The notes under the pieces are model-generated. The model saw nothing but the letters and a program-made list of their open reading frames with translations. It searched no databases and had not been told where the DNA came from. DNA of 64,000 nucleotides. Origin: a virus. Both the position numbers and the translations under genes were made by a program. The stretch covers positions 64,001 through 128,000 of IMG/VR virus record IMGVR_UViG_3300006750_000002; one strand, written 5' to 3'. This document shows positions 19,346 through 30,500 of this stretch, in pieces (position 1 is the stretch's first letter; each line of letters opens with the position of its first letter).

Positions 19346-21053
19346 CTATAAACTTATACCACCAGATAAACAGTATAAGGGGGCTCCATTAGTGGACACC
19401 GTCCTAAATATTACTTTAGAAGATACTAATAGGCATTTAATAGAGGGCGATATTACAATCCCCTTAAATTTAGCTGAACGTTTTAATGATGAAAGACAAA
19501 ATTTTTCATTATATAGGGTATATGGTAAACTCCAACCCTATATTGAAAACGCTTACTCAGGAAGAGCAGACCAAACCATGTCTAATCTTATCTATAACAT
19601 GTATTTGACCTCACCTTATTTAAGTCAAAATCCAAACTCAGTAAATTTTATAGGTTATCCAGATTTTTCGGAGTTTGATTTTGTAAGAAATGATGTGGAT
19701 GAGTCGGTTAATGATGAAACTAATTGGAATTTATATATAACAATTCCTACGACATGTCATGAAGAACAAGAGATGAGTTATATGTGGGAAGAAGGTGGTA
19801 CTGTGATGGCTTTTATGGCATTTGAGGGCATACCCTACCATATTACTAATAAAACGGTTGGTGGTAAAAATTTATTAGAATTCACATGTCCCGTCCCCCA
19901 CGGTTTAACACAGGGGGAGTACGTGGTTTTAGATATAAAAGCACCACTTCCTTATAGTTTTTCGAACGGAATTAACACATATCCTGTATATAGTGTAGGC
20001 AACAATAATAGAAACTCTACTAAGTTTGTTTTCAACTTATATATACCCCAAGTGGATGTCGGATTCAACCCCATAAGTGACGGCACTATGGGTGTCTTTA
20101 GAAGACAGATAGTTAAAGGGGATATTACCACCCTATCTAATTATTATGTATTAATTCATGAAATAATAACTAATGTAGAAGATTATCAGATAACCAAATG
20201 TGGATTCGCTGAAGGAATATTTAAAAAGGTAGAAAAGTTCCAATCCAGTACCGAAACCCCAAACGCTGAAGATAGGGTAGCGGTTAAACAAGCTTACCCA
20301 ACATACCTTTATACTTTTACAAAAGATATAAATGTTAAAAGATATTTAGATAATTTAAAAAGACCTATCACTACCCTCTATGTGAGTATATTTTTAAGAA
20401 ACAACTTAGGGTATTTTGATTACCCACCTAAGTATGGTTGGGAATGGAATTTTCCCTACAGTTTTGAAGATACGACAGTGGTAGGTAACACAGTAAAAGG
20501 GGCACCTGGTGACCCCCAAGTAGTCAGTGGGGTAATTTATAATGAACAGTTCCCCATTGTCCCCGGAAGTTTAAAGTCTGGAAAACCATTAGTTCCGGGA
20601 GATAAGTTAAGAGGAGCATTTACTGAATATAATACTTCGGAACTACAGGAAAGAACTATTTCTAAAATAAAACATAAATTTACTTTTAATCCTTACATTT
20701 TTGATGGGAGTAAAGGATACGTTTATACTCCCCACTACCCTGTACCGATAAGAGTTTATTCGGACTATATTGAATCTGGAGACCCGAAGAAGGTTGCGAA
20801 TATCCCAGACTATTCCACCTACTCTGAACTGGAAAAAACTTGGAAATGGAGGGACATCTACGAAATCGGGTTCGTTGAGGGTGGTAACGGTGTGGATTAT
20901 CCTTTTTTAAATGCTGCACATTACCCTAAAAGGGACATAGATTTTTTTACTTCTCGTACCGTTAGGAGTACAGCGTTTAACTCTAATTCCACAATATCTT
21001 TAAGTGGTGCAAATAATACTTTAGAAAATTTTGTAATAGATGGCTGTGAATAA
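19332..21053 (+). CDS. hypothetical structural protein (baseplate module)
   Basis: 573-aa ORF overlapping both neighbours inside the baseplate operon. Confidence 0.6.
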   Translation: MMESNYKLIPPDKQYKGAPLVDTVLNITLEDTNRHLIEGDITIPLNLAERFNDERQNFSLYRVYGKLQPYIENAYSGRADQTMSNLIYNMYLTSPYLSQNPNSVNFIGYPDFSEFDFVRNDVDESVNDETNWNLYITIPTTCHEEQEMSYMWEEGGTVMAFMAFEGIPYHITNKTVGGKNLLEFTCPVPHGLTQGEYVVLDIKAPLPYSFSNGINTYPVYSVGNNNRNSTKFVFNLYIPQVDVGFNPISDGTMGVFRRQIVKGDITTLSNYYVLIHEIITNVEDYQITKCGFAEGIFKKVEKFQSSTETPNAEDRVAVKQAYPTYLYTFTKDINVKRYLDNLKRPITTLYVSIFLRNNLGYFDYPPKYGWEWNFPYSFEDTTVVGNTVKGAPGDPQVVSGVIYNEQFPIVPGSLKSGKPLVPGDKLRGAFTEYNTSELQERTISKIKHKFTFNPYIFDGSKGYVYTPHYPVPIRVYSDYIESGDPKKVANIPDYSTYSELEKTWKWRDIYEIGFVEGGNGVDYPFLNAAHYPKRDIDFFTSRTVRSTAFNSNSTISLSGANNTLENFVIDGCE

Positions 21054-22053
21054 ATTAAAATTGAGAGTTAATCAGATTAAAGATGGGGTTTACGACCGTC
21101 AAATACTTTTTCCTTTGGGTCAAAGTTATGATGAAGTAGGTAGGGAAGACTTAATTGGTGTTTATGAGGATGAAACCATCGACAAACTTGTGGGAATTAA
21201 AAGGGATTATGAGGTCACCAGATATACCCACGCGCCTTTAGAGAATGGGGACCCAAGTCCTAACCTATTCTATAATTTTATGTTTGGGAGTCTAGATTCT
21301 ATTCTCAACACCTTTACAACTAATTTCCCATCTACACCCACTCCAGTGACAATGTGGGGAAATATCCCACCGTGCCCACCTGGGATAGAAGACTTTTGGA
21401 CACAATATAGTGACAATCCCATATATTTACCCGCAACCCCAACAACCCCCAACACATGGTACGGATACGATTTTCAGACATTTACACCTGAGGAGACATA
21501 TAAGAGTAATAAAAATTTCACCAAAAGCTTCTTTAAATTAGACTTATACAATAGTATGGATAGGAAAAAACAAAAATTATTCATCAGTATAATAATAAAC
21601 CCTATGAACGGAAATAAAATGTTACGGCCCACCTTAAGTGTGCAATGTCCAGTGGATGAACTAGATGGTAGGTGGAACTGTAGACCCGAAGGTGAACAAT
21701 TCTGCCCTACACCTGAATTTGAGTTAGACCCAGTTAATAATAACGAAGGTTACTTTATTTATTGGTTAAAGGAAAAAAAATTAATAGACCTTAACGTGTT
21801 TTATATGAGTTGTAAATTTTACAATGCAAAAACAGGAGAGGTCACACAACTCATTAATGAGAACCAAATGACTATTGATAGTGACACTTCTCAACCCTAC
21901 AGCATTTCCAAGGAAACCTATTATTATTATAGGGTAGTTTTAAATCAAGATAGGTTTCAATATACCATCTACAAGACTAGTGATGGTACTAGAGTAGGCG
22001 AAAACAGTGGTAACCCCATAAACTTTTATCAATATTTCAATGCACCATACTAG
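21040..22053 (+). CDS. hypothetical structural protein (baseplate module)
   Basis: 337-aa ORF, coupled overlaps with neighbours. Confidence 0.6.
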   Translation: MAVNKLKLRVNQIKDGVYDRQILFPLGQSYDEVGREDLIGVYEDETIDKLVGIKRDYEVTRYTHAPLENGDPSPNLFYNFMFGSLDSILNTFTTNFPSTPTPVTMWGNIPPCPPGIEDFWTQYSDNPIYLPATPTTPNTWYGYDFQTFTPEETYKSNKNFTKSFFKLDLYNSMDRKKQKLFISIIINPMNGNKMLRPTLSVQCPVDELDGRWNCRPEGEQFCPTPEFELDPVNNNEGYFIYWLKEKKLIDLNVFYMSCKFYNAKTGEVTQLINENQMTIDSDTSQPYSISKETYYYYRVVLNQDRFQYTIYKTSDGTRVGENSGNPINFYQYFNAPY

Positions 22054-22054
22054 T

Positions 22055-23668
22055 ATGGAAGAATATAAATTTAAAATAAAAAGAAAATTTTATCCTGGTG
22101 AAACGGAATCAATTCCCCCTAACCTACCACCAGGGTATGTTAATGAAACGTCTTTTGGTGTGCCACAAGGACAGAATTGTTTAAATTGTTATTTTTACAA
22201 TAGTGGCATGTGTGATTATTGGAATGGTGAAGTTAGGGATAATTACTGGTGTGGCACGTGGACGGACCCACAAACACTCCAACAGGACTTGCCCGACCCC
22301 CCACCATGTATAACAGGGGTTACGGTACCCATAATTATTACAGAAGACTTTAATGATATTGGAGTTTATACACCTTGGGACGGTTTAGTCTTACAAAGAG
22401 ATGTTATAAATAATTTTATATATGTTGGGAATGGTTTATCTATGACGGTAACGAATACATCAGATGTAGATTTTAAAAGATTTTTAACCTTTTCTGATTA
22501 TACAATATTGTGGGGAGACGGCCAGTCAGGTAATCTAACACTACAACAAACCTCACTGACCCACACTTATCTGACACCTGGAGAGTATAAACTAACTTTA
22601 GAGCAGATTAACCCATGGGGTACGACTAGAATTAGTAAAATTATACAACTCCCATATAATGGAAGTGTGGTTATTCCTAATCCGTACGGCACGGTAGAAA
22701 TACAACCACCAAATTTTGGTGACCCAATAGGGTGTGATACAGTACTGCAGAATTATATCTTTAGTGGGGATAGTAACCCTGACGTTTATGACTTTTTTAG
22801 TTTTAACTATGTAACCGTTCCTTTTGAAGTGACTGGACACACCACTACCAGCAACTTAAATCTTTTCATACAATATGGTTCTGGAGGGCTACCACCGACT
22901 GGAACAATGATTGACCTAACATCAGAATTGGAGGGGGAGATATTGGAAAATACCCCACAATATACGGCATATACGATTAATGATATTAAATATACTGATT
23001 TTAGTGGGGGTACGACATTATTTACTGCGTTAAGTACTGGGTTAAATTCGGAAAATTTAGAGTGGGAATGTTGTGATGAGACATTAAGTGACCCATGCCC
23101 GTGTGAAGAAAAAGGTGATACCATACCTAAAGGGGATTATGATGGTAACATAACTTATATGCAGGGCACCACAGTACAACATGATGGGTGTTGTTGGTAC
23201 TGTCACCCAAAGTCACCTAGTGTTACTGAATGTTCGGGAGCCCCACGATTCGACGATAACGTATGGCAACCATGTTTACCGTGTACTAACGAGAGTTCCG
23301 TAAACCCTAGAAGTTCTAATATGGTAATAGAAACAACAGAATATTCCCCTTCCTTTACTTATAATAGGGGGGATATGGTGTCCTTTTACGGAGCCTTATA
23401 TACCTTTGAGGGAACAAGAATACTATCGGATAGTGGGGCCACTGAGATTAGTACCGTCTCGGGATGGATTGAATTGACGTATGACTCCACCTATTTAAAT
23501 AGTGATAATATACCTGTGACGGAGATTAGTCCCTATCAGGACCAAAATGAAAGAGTTTGGATTGGTGGGTATACCACCAATCCAGAATTTAGTGTAGAGG
23601 ACTGGGAAACCAAATCCCAACAACCTGTGACACATTATAGTATTTGGGAAAATATTAAAAATAAATGA
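22055..23668 (+). CDS. structural protein with HiPIP-like Cys motif, PKD domain and CBM5/12-like modules
   Basis: Likely start ATG 22055 (MEEYKF), just after the upstream stop. CLNC...C...WC motif; ILWGDG...THTYLTPGEYKLTL (PKD); YSPSFTYNRGDMVSFYGALY (CBM5/12-like). Confidence 0.6.
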   Translation: MEEYKFKIKRKFYPGETESIPPNLPPGYVNETSFGVPQGQNCLNCYFYNSGMCDYWNGEVRDNYWCGTWTDPQTLQQDLPDPPPCITGVTVPIIITEDFNDIGVYTPWDGLVLQRDVINNFIYVGNGLSMTVTNTSDVDFKRFLTFSDYTILWGDGQSGNLTLQQTSLTHTYLTPGEYKLTLEQINPWGTTRISKIIQLPYNGSVVIPNPYGTVEIQPPNFGDPIGCDTVLQNYIFSGDSNPDVYDFFSFNYVTVPFEVTGHTTTSNLNLFIQYGSGGLPPTGTMIDLTSELEGEILENTPQYTAYTINDIKYTDFSGGTTLFTALSTGLNSENLEWECCDETLSDPCPCEEKGDTIPKGDYDGNITYMQGTTVQHDGCCWYCHPKSPSVTECSGAPRFDDNVWQPCLPCTNESSVNPRSSNMVIETTEYSPSFTYNRGDMVSFYGALYTFEGTRILSDSGATEISTVSGWIELTYDSTYLNSDNIPVTEISPYQDQNERVWIGGYTTNPEFSVEDWETKSQQPVTHYSIWENIKNK

Positions 23669-23684
23669 TAGATAAATACATAAA

Positions 23685-26576
23685 ATGTCCGAACCAATAT
23701 TAGACTACGCCAATGCCGACTCAGAGGTCAGGCTTACCATGATGGGTGGGCCCAACCCATGCGGTGCGTATTACCCTACGTCCGGACCACTGTGGACCGA
23801 CAATATTGTAGAAGAAAAATGTTGGTCAAAAAACCCTGACCGTAATTATGGTAGTAATACACCACAACAGGGTTCAGGGTTTTGTTGTGACATGTTCAAT
23901 CGAGTAAATCCCGATACGACCGGAGACGCTTGGGAACTGGGACCTACTTACAGCCGATTCGATACGGTTGTTGGAACAGGATACTCGTGCCCTGGTTGTG
24001 GTCAACATTATTACAATAACACTCCATACGCAGGGTTCGAATACCCCGCGACTGCATCAAGTTTACAAAACCCATATTGGACCGATACGACGCCCTGTGA
24101 AGTGGACAGATGTGGATTGCCACCTGCAATCTGGAGACCTACAGAATATGTGACGCAATGGTCTGCATGTGTGTACCACATCGATGCTGGTTGTACAATG
24201 AATCACTCGTTTGGTTTGATTATGGGTGGGAATAATCCTACAGTAAACATAGCACACCCTGGGTCCCCCAATGGAAGGTGTAGTAGTAATTGCATGCAAT
24301 TAGGTATAGGATATTGGGAAAACGTGGCTGCTGGAGAATATATGAACCCCCACCAACCTGGACACTTCGATGATACGATTATTTACGATGGTGAAATGGG
24401 GACTCCAGACGCTAACGGTAATTCTGGACCTACGGGGCCGAAGTTAATTTGGGCTGGGTTTTGCCCAACTCAAATGGAGGAGGACAATATTGACTTGGAG
24501 ACTCTCGTTAATTATAATATCAGTAGTTGTCCCAATGGCGGCCCAAACCAAGACCGACAAGAGTTCGATTTAGAACCTGGGGGTGGTGACCAGTCCGTAC
24601 CAGGGTTAGGTGATACTACATCTATTGAGTGGGACCCTGATTTGGGAAATATCCCACAATCAGTAGATTACCCATTTCAACAACTGACTGCGGGGGGTAC
24701 AACGTATAGAGGATATTTACCTGACCTTGGTGTTGTAAGTCCCGATAACGCATGGGGGTTACTTTCCCCTGCGTTGGGAGGGACTGAATCACAACCAGAT
24801 AGTTATTTGTGGGCCCGTAAAAGTGTTTGGAGGGTGTCAGCCGCTAACGACCAACCATTTCCGACTTCTGACGAAGATGCTTTCCAAGTTTGTGAGTACA
24901 CTAGTTTTGGTTGCACAGACCCTTCTTTTGGTAGTTATAATGAGGACGCGAGATTAGATTGTAATGGCACACCGACAACGAATACGTTCTTAACTTCATA
25001 TTCTCTTATAGCTACGTGTGAGAATATAAATGGTGACCCAGGTATTTGTTGGGGCCCTGACGGATTCGCCTGTGGGAATTGCATAGACCCAAATACGAAC
25101 ACCTACTATACAGCCCCTACTGACGTTGGTGGAGGTTCTGTAGGGATGGGTGAGTATTATGACGGAGCTGAGATTATGTCAGAATCGAGTCCAAATATTC
25201 CATTGGAACCTGGAGGGTGTACACAAGAGATGTTAAACGCATGTGGAGCAACTGGAACACTGACTCCGACTGCTTGGAATTTAATGCAGGTCACCAGACC
25301 ATCATCTTGGTTATATGGTGGTGGCGCAGCCTCAATCCCTGACCCAACCGTAACAGGAGTTAATGGAGAAGCACGCTTTTGGGATAAAGACGGTAGAAAC
25401 GTTTTGGAAGACCCAGACCTTATAGGAAAGAGACCATTATGCCAATGTAGTAATTCGGGATGCCTGTACCCCGACGCGGACAATTATTCACCTATCAATA
25501 CCACTGATTGTAGTGATATGCCAGCCCCCACCGACCCTTCTATTTTACCGTACTGGGAACAACATGGTGATATATCTTGTTGTAGATTACAAGTGTATGG
25601 GTGTTCAGACGATACTTCAGATAACTATTTTTGTTCTATAGATTTAGATGGTGACGACATTCCCGATAATGCTCAATTTTGTATGACCTCGGATACTGGT
25701 ATACCGTGTTGGGATGAAGCTACTGGTTACAACCAAGACTGTGATGATAATGCCGTCCTGATGGATTTGACAATACCTAACACCAATACCTCCACTGGGT
25801 TATTCACGGTAACCATCCAAAACGACGGAACATGTGATATGTCTTTAATACCTGGTTGTATGGATGATGGTGGTTTAGGTTTGGCCGGTACTCCTTGGAT
25901 GGCACCAGTATTTCCAGGATACGCGGCAATGAATTTTGACCCCGACGCAACAATACACGCGGCATCTATGTGTGAATTTATGTTTGGTTGTCCCGACCCC
26001 TTAGCACAAAATGTTATAGACGGATTCCCAGTTTGTCCAATTAATGTGAATATGACGGGGACCATTGATGAAGTAGTGGATTATATTTATGGAGGATATG
26101 GCCTCACCATCGACGCCGCGTTCGTAGAAGATAATTTATTTCCGAATATTGAATGTTGTGATTATGAACTTGCTGGAGAAGGTCCTGGTTGTACTGACCC
26201 TAACGCTTTAAATTATAATCCATTAGCAGGTACAGATGACGGGAGTTGTCTATATAATATAGAAGGTTGTACAGACCCAGAAGCATTAAATTTTAACCCA
26301 CTTGCTACTTTAGACGACTCTTCATGTTTATACCCTGGAGACTACCCTGTAGAAGGAAGTAACTTCTTAGATGGCAGTGAAATGGAAATATGTAGAGAAC
26401 CATTAACAAAAGAAGAGGTGTTAATGAACGTTTGCCAACCAACAGAAATACAATCAGAAGTATTTATTGAAAGAGGTAAACAATCTGTGTTTGAACCCAA
26501 CCAAAGATTAGACGAAGTAAAGACGATAGGAGGTTTAAAAATATACGGATATGGGTTTTATAATATAAAAGAATAA
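23685..26576 (+). CDS. Cys-rich structural/adhesin-like protein with GC(T/M)DPxAxNY repeats
   Basis: 963 aa; GCTDPNALNYNPLAGTDDGSCLY, GCTDPEALNFNPLATLDDSSCLY and several degenerate copies. Confidence 0.65.
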   Translation: MSEPILDYANADSEVRLTMMGGPNPCGAYYPTSGPLWTDNIVEEKCWSKNPDRNYGSNTPQQGSGFCCDMFNRVNPDTTGDAWELGPTYSRFDTVVGTGYSCPGCGQHYYNNTPYAGFEYPATASSLQNPYWTDTTPCEVDRCGLPPAIWRPTEYVTQWSACVYHIDAGCTMNHSFGLIMGGNNPTVNIAHPGSPNGRCSSNCMQLGIGYWENVAAGEYMNPHQPGHFDDTIIYDGEMGTPDANGNSGPTGPKLIWAGFCPTQMEEDNIDLETLVNYNISSCPNGGPNQDRQEFDLEPGGGDQSVPGLGDTTSIEWDPDLGNIPQSVDYPFQQLTAGGTTYRGYLPDLGVVSPDNAWGLLSPALGGTESQPDSYLWARKSVWRVSAANDQPFPTSDEDAFQVCEYTSFGCTDPSFGSYNEDARLDCNGTPTTNTFLTSYSLIATCENINGDPGICWGPDGFACGNCIDPNTNTYYTAPTDVGGGSVGMGEYYDGAEIMSESSPNIPLEPGGCTQEMLNACGATGTLTPTAWNLMQVTRPSSWLYGGGAASIPDPTVTGVNGEARFWDKDGRNVLEDPDLIGKRPLCQCSNSGCLYPDADNYSPINTTDCSDMPAPTDPSILPYWEQHGDISCCRLQVYGCSDDTSDNYFCSIDLDGDDIPDNAQFCMTSDTGIPCWDEATGYNQDCDDNAVLMDLTIPNTNTSTGLFTVTIQNDGTCDMSLIPGCMDDGGLGLAGTPWMAPVFPGYAAMNFDPDATIHAASMCEFMFGCPDPLAQNVIDGFPVCPINVNMTGTIDEVVDYIYGGYGLTIDAAFVEDNLFPNIECCDYELAGEGPGCTDPNALNYNPLAGTDDGSCLYNIEGCTDPEALNFNPLATLDDSSCLYPGDYPVEGSNFLDGSEMEICREPLTKEEVLMNVCQPTEIQSEVFIERGKQSVFEPNQRLDEVKTIGGLKIYGYGFYNIKE

Positions 26577-26588
26577 ATATAAAATAAG

Positions 26589-27500
26589 ATGGCATTAGGA
26601 ACATACGGAATAAAAAGATTGTCGGACGTATCTCCAGAAAATGTGGAGATAGTTTCACTCTACACACCTAGTAGAGAGTCGGCTAGTGAAACTATTATTA
26701 AAAAATTAAATGCTAAAAGTATTTTAACACCATATTACCATAATACGGAAACTGGTGGAACTCCAGATATTGAATTACTTGGTGGGGTATACAACTTAAA
26801 ACTACCTTACAATGACTTTAAAGATAAAGGAATTTATAATTTAATCATTAGACCTTTAGAGATTAGAACATCTATAACTGATTGTGGGGTGCTCTCATCG
26901 TTACCAACCGTTAAAGGGTTAGTTTTTGATTTAAATAATGTGCCGACAGAATCTAGAAACAAATTTGTTAACAACGGATTAGTGGGGTATAGGGTAGAGT
27001 ATTTAAATAGTGATGGTACAAAAATTCCTAATTTTTATAGAATTGTAACATCGTCTTTTTTCTGTGAACCTGTAACACAAAATGTGACTAATAGTAACCA
27101 AAAAGCTATTCGATATAGATATATAAATGGTGGAAGTAATTTACTATTTTGTACATTAACACCTACATCAGCACCCTCTAATAAACCTACAGCTTTACCA
27201 TACATAGGTCAACCAGCACAAAATGTTATTATTTGTAATACACATTTTAATCCTATCCACTTGGAAATAGAAATGGTAGATTATGATGTGGATAGTTTAG
27301 GTATCGCTCTTTATGGTAATCAAACTAAATCACTTAGTGATGGGGTATATACCATATACGACACTAATAATAATATTTATAAACAATACAATTTATATGA
27401 AACTAGAGACCAGTTTGGTGAACCACTATATGAGGTAAGACAAGATAGGGGCAATAACATTGACTTTACAAAAGCATTTAGTAATATCGCGCAACAGTAA
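26589..27500 (+). CDS. hypothetical structural protein (baseplate module)
   Basis: 303-aa ORF; TAATG coupling to the next gene. Confidence 0.6.
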   Translation: MALGTYGIKRLSDVSPENVEIVSLYTPSRESASETIIKKLNAKSILTPYYHNTETGGTPDIELLGGVYNLKLPYNDFKDKGIYNLIIRPLEIRTSITDCGVLSSLPTVKGLVFDLNNVPTESRNKFVNNGLVGYRVEYLNSDGTKIPNFYRIVTSSFFCEPVTQNVTNSNQKAIRYRYINGGSNLLFCTLTPTSAPSNKPTALPYIGQPAQNVIICNTHFNPIHLEIEMVDYDVDSLGIALYGNQTKSLSDGVYTIYDTNNNIYKQYNLYETRDQFGEPLYEVRQDRGNNIDFTKAFSNIAQQ

Positions 27501-30500
27501 TGGCCACAATTTATAACAATAATAGTCTTATACCTGGAAATGGTGCTGATGTGTTTGGGGATAAACTGGTCGGCAATCAGTTTGTTGATGGTGTTTCACA
27601 GTTTACTCTAGGTAATTTTGAAATCAAAAGTAACAACAACCAAAAAGACTCTAGAGATTTTAGTTTAGGGAATTTTTCAGAACCAATATCCCTTGAAACC
27701 CTTAACATTACTAGCCCTGAAGAATCTAGAATAATAGCTTCTAATAGGTTGGAAGTTTTTATAAATTATAATAGGAGTAATGTTACTAATTTTACACTTT
27801 ATGGCTCTTTAAGGGAACGGTTAAGAGTAGCTGTCACAAATATCGTTAAAAACTTCCCAGCAGCGGTTATTTTCAAGAAAACAAGAACTTGGTTAGATTA
27901 CCTTAGTGGGGAAACGGCTACCAACATTAACTATGACCCGAATATCAATAAAACCAATTTAAATCTTAACGTACTAAACGCTTATAACCCATTTAATATA
28001 GAATATAGTATTAATGGAAATGTTTACACCGACCCTAACGTCTCACCTTTAAGGAATTTAACGTTAGAATATGAAAAGTACTCACTGTTTTATGGGGATA
28101 AAGAATATCCTTTAACTTTTCTAAGGCCGACAACAGGGACGAGTAATACCGGAGTTATTAGGGTCGTAGTTGAGGGAGACCCCTTTAGTGGCACCTCAAC
28201 AACCAGTGAAACTTTCTATATTAGACCAAACACACTAACAACTGAAGAGGTGTTTGATAGTATGGAAGATATGGAAAAGTTCTTAGTCGAAAGAACCACT
28301 AACCCCATATATACTGCGACATTTGACCAACCAAGGGAAACGAGTACGGGTAGCATTATTAAATCTAGTGTATCAGTAACTTGGCCTTCATCAGATAATT
28401 GGAATCTGATTATAGACGGTAGTCTTTTTACAAGTTATTTAAGGCAACTATACGATATTGCGGATACTTACGATTCTTACAAAACAAACCTAGTTTCTAG
28501 ATTTTTAACAACTGCCTCATTAAAAGAGTTTGATACTTATGATGAAAAAGTAGATAAAATATTAAAAATATATGGTAGGAGTTTTGACCAGATAAAAAAG
28601 TATATTGATGGACTGGCTTACATGGCCACTACGACTTATGACGGGTTGGATAACATACCTAACGAACTATTAAAGAATTTTGCTCAAACGTTGGGGTGGA
28701 AAACACCGTCAGCTATAAAGAATGAAGGTCTTTTGGATAGTATGTTTAAACGAAACACTACTACGGAGTACGAAGGTCTAGCACAGAACCAAACACCAAC
28801 TGAACTTAATTATGAATTATATAGAAGGTTACTAGCGAATACAGCTTATTTGTTTAAATCTAAGGGGACTAGAAGAGGCATTGAATTTATGTTAAGATTT
28901 GTTGGGGCTCCTGAAGCGTTGATAGAGTTTAATGAGCATGTTTATGTTGCGGGACAACCTCTTAATATGAAAAATTTTAAGGACTACTCATTAAAAATTT
29001 CTGGGGGTACGTACACTGAAGAGGTTCCTGTTTTTGACACTTATTTTTCTGCGGCTACAGGAACTTTTCCACCCATAGTTATTACTGGGTATACATTTGG
29101 TTATGAAACGGTAACACAGACCACCAATATCATACCTGAAGCTCTTCCAGTTGACAAAGAAGGGTATCCGACAGTGCCACGATATGGGGAGGATTCCTAT
29201 TTCCAATCAGGTGCGGGATGGTTCGAAGAAACTATAGAACACCAAGGTAAAAAGGTAATAGATTATAAAACCTCAGTTTTTACGGGAAACACTCCTTTTA
29301 TTAAAACAAAATTAAATCAATTTTCTTATGGAGAACCTTACTTACAACTCTATAGGAAGTTTCCAGATTCTAAGTTAGGGTTTCCCATTGTTAGGACTGT
29401 AGATAATAAAAAATCTTGGGTAAGGAAAGACTCACACCAACGAAGGTATCTAAATCTACCCGATAGTGGAACTAATTACCAAACAGAAAACGATAAGCTT
29501 GTTGTTAATGTTAAAAACGTTGATATTTTCTTAAATATTGGGCAAGGTTTAGAGTGGGATGTCTGGAATTTTTCTAAAAAATATAGTTGCCCTTTCGGAC
29601 CGAACGCTTTAAGTTCCCCTTACCCTGGGGTAGGTGGGCCTGACTGGACGGAAATAGTTGCGGACGCATCTAAATTATCGTTCTTCGAATTTGCTCAGAA
29701 ATTCTGGACCGTTTTAATCAACGTTAAAAATAGGTTGACAATTGATGACGGACATGCTGGTGGTTATCCCACATTACTTAGCATATATTTAGATTATTTA
29801 AAGAGCGACCAAACATGTGGAATCCCAAGTAACCAATATACCTATGAAAAAATGGTCGCATATGTTGAAAACATGGGTGATTATTGGGTAAGGTTACTAG
29901 AACAACTAGTCCCATCGACAACTATTTGGCAAGGTGGGATTAAATATGAAAATTCTATATTTCACAGATACAAATACGCTTACAAACACGAACCATTATG
30001 TAATGATTTAGAATGTTTCGGTTCATTTGTTAATTGCTGTTACCCAATAACAAATAACATTTTAGTGGACGCAGTAAAAGAATGTGGGGGATTGGCGTTT
30101 TCGGGAGCTACTTGGCAAAATAAAATTACTTTAGGTGGTACGGTTTATACTGGTAACACTTACTACAGTAGTACTACAATAACTGACATCCCTAGTACAG
30201 ACATATGGTTAAATGATATGGTTAGTATTGTAAGTGGCATTACGGCAGACGTGACTGACCCTAACCATGTCCTTACGTATTATCTAATTAACGACAATAA
30301 TACACCCGTTGGAATCCCCATAGACCAACCAAATTGTATTGTAATACAAGGTCCGTGTAGTGGAGGTACGGATTTATGGAATTATAATAACGGTTCACAA
30401 CCAAACTGTTTTAAATCAGATATTTGTCTTAATTTACAAACTACACAAGCAGCCCCACTGCCTAACGGCACAGATATTTGGGCATTTTATGATACTACTT

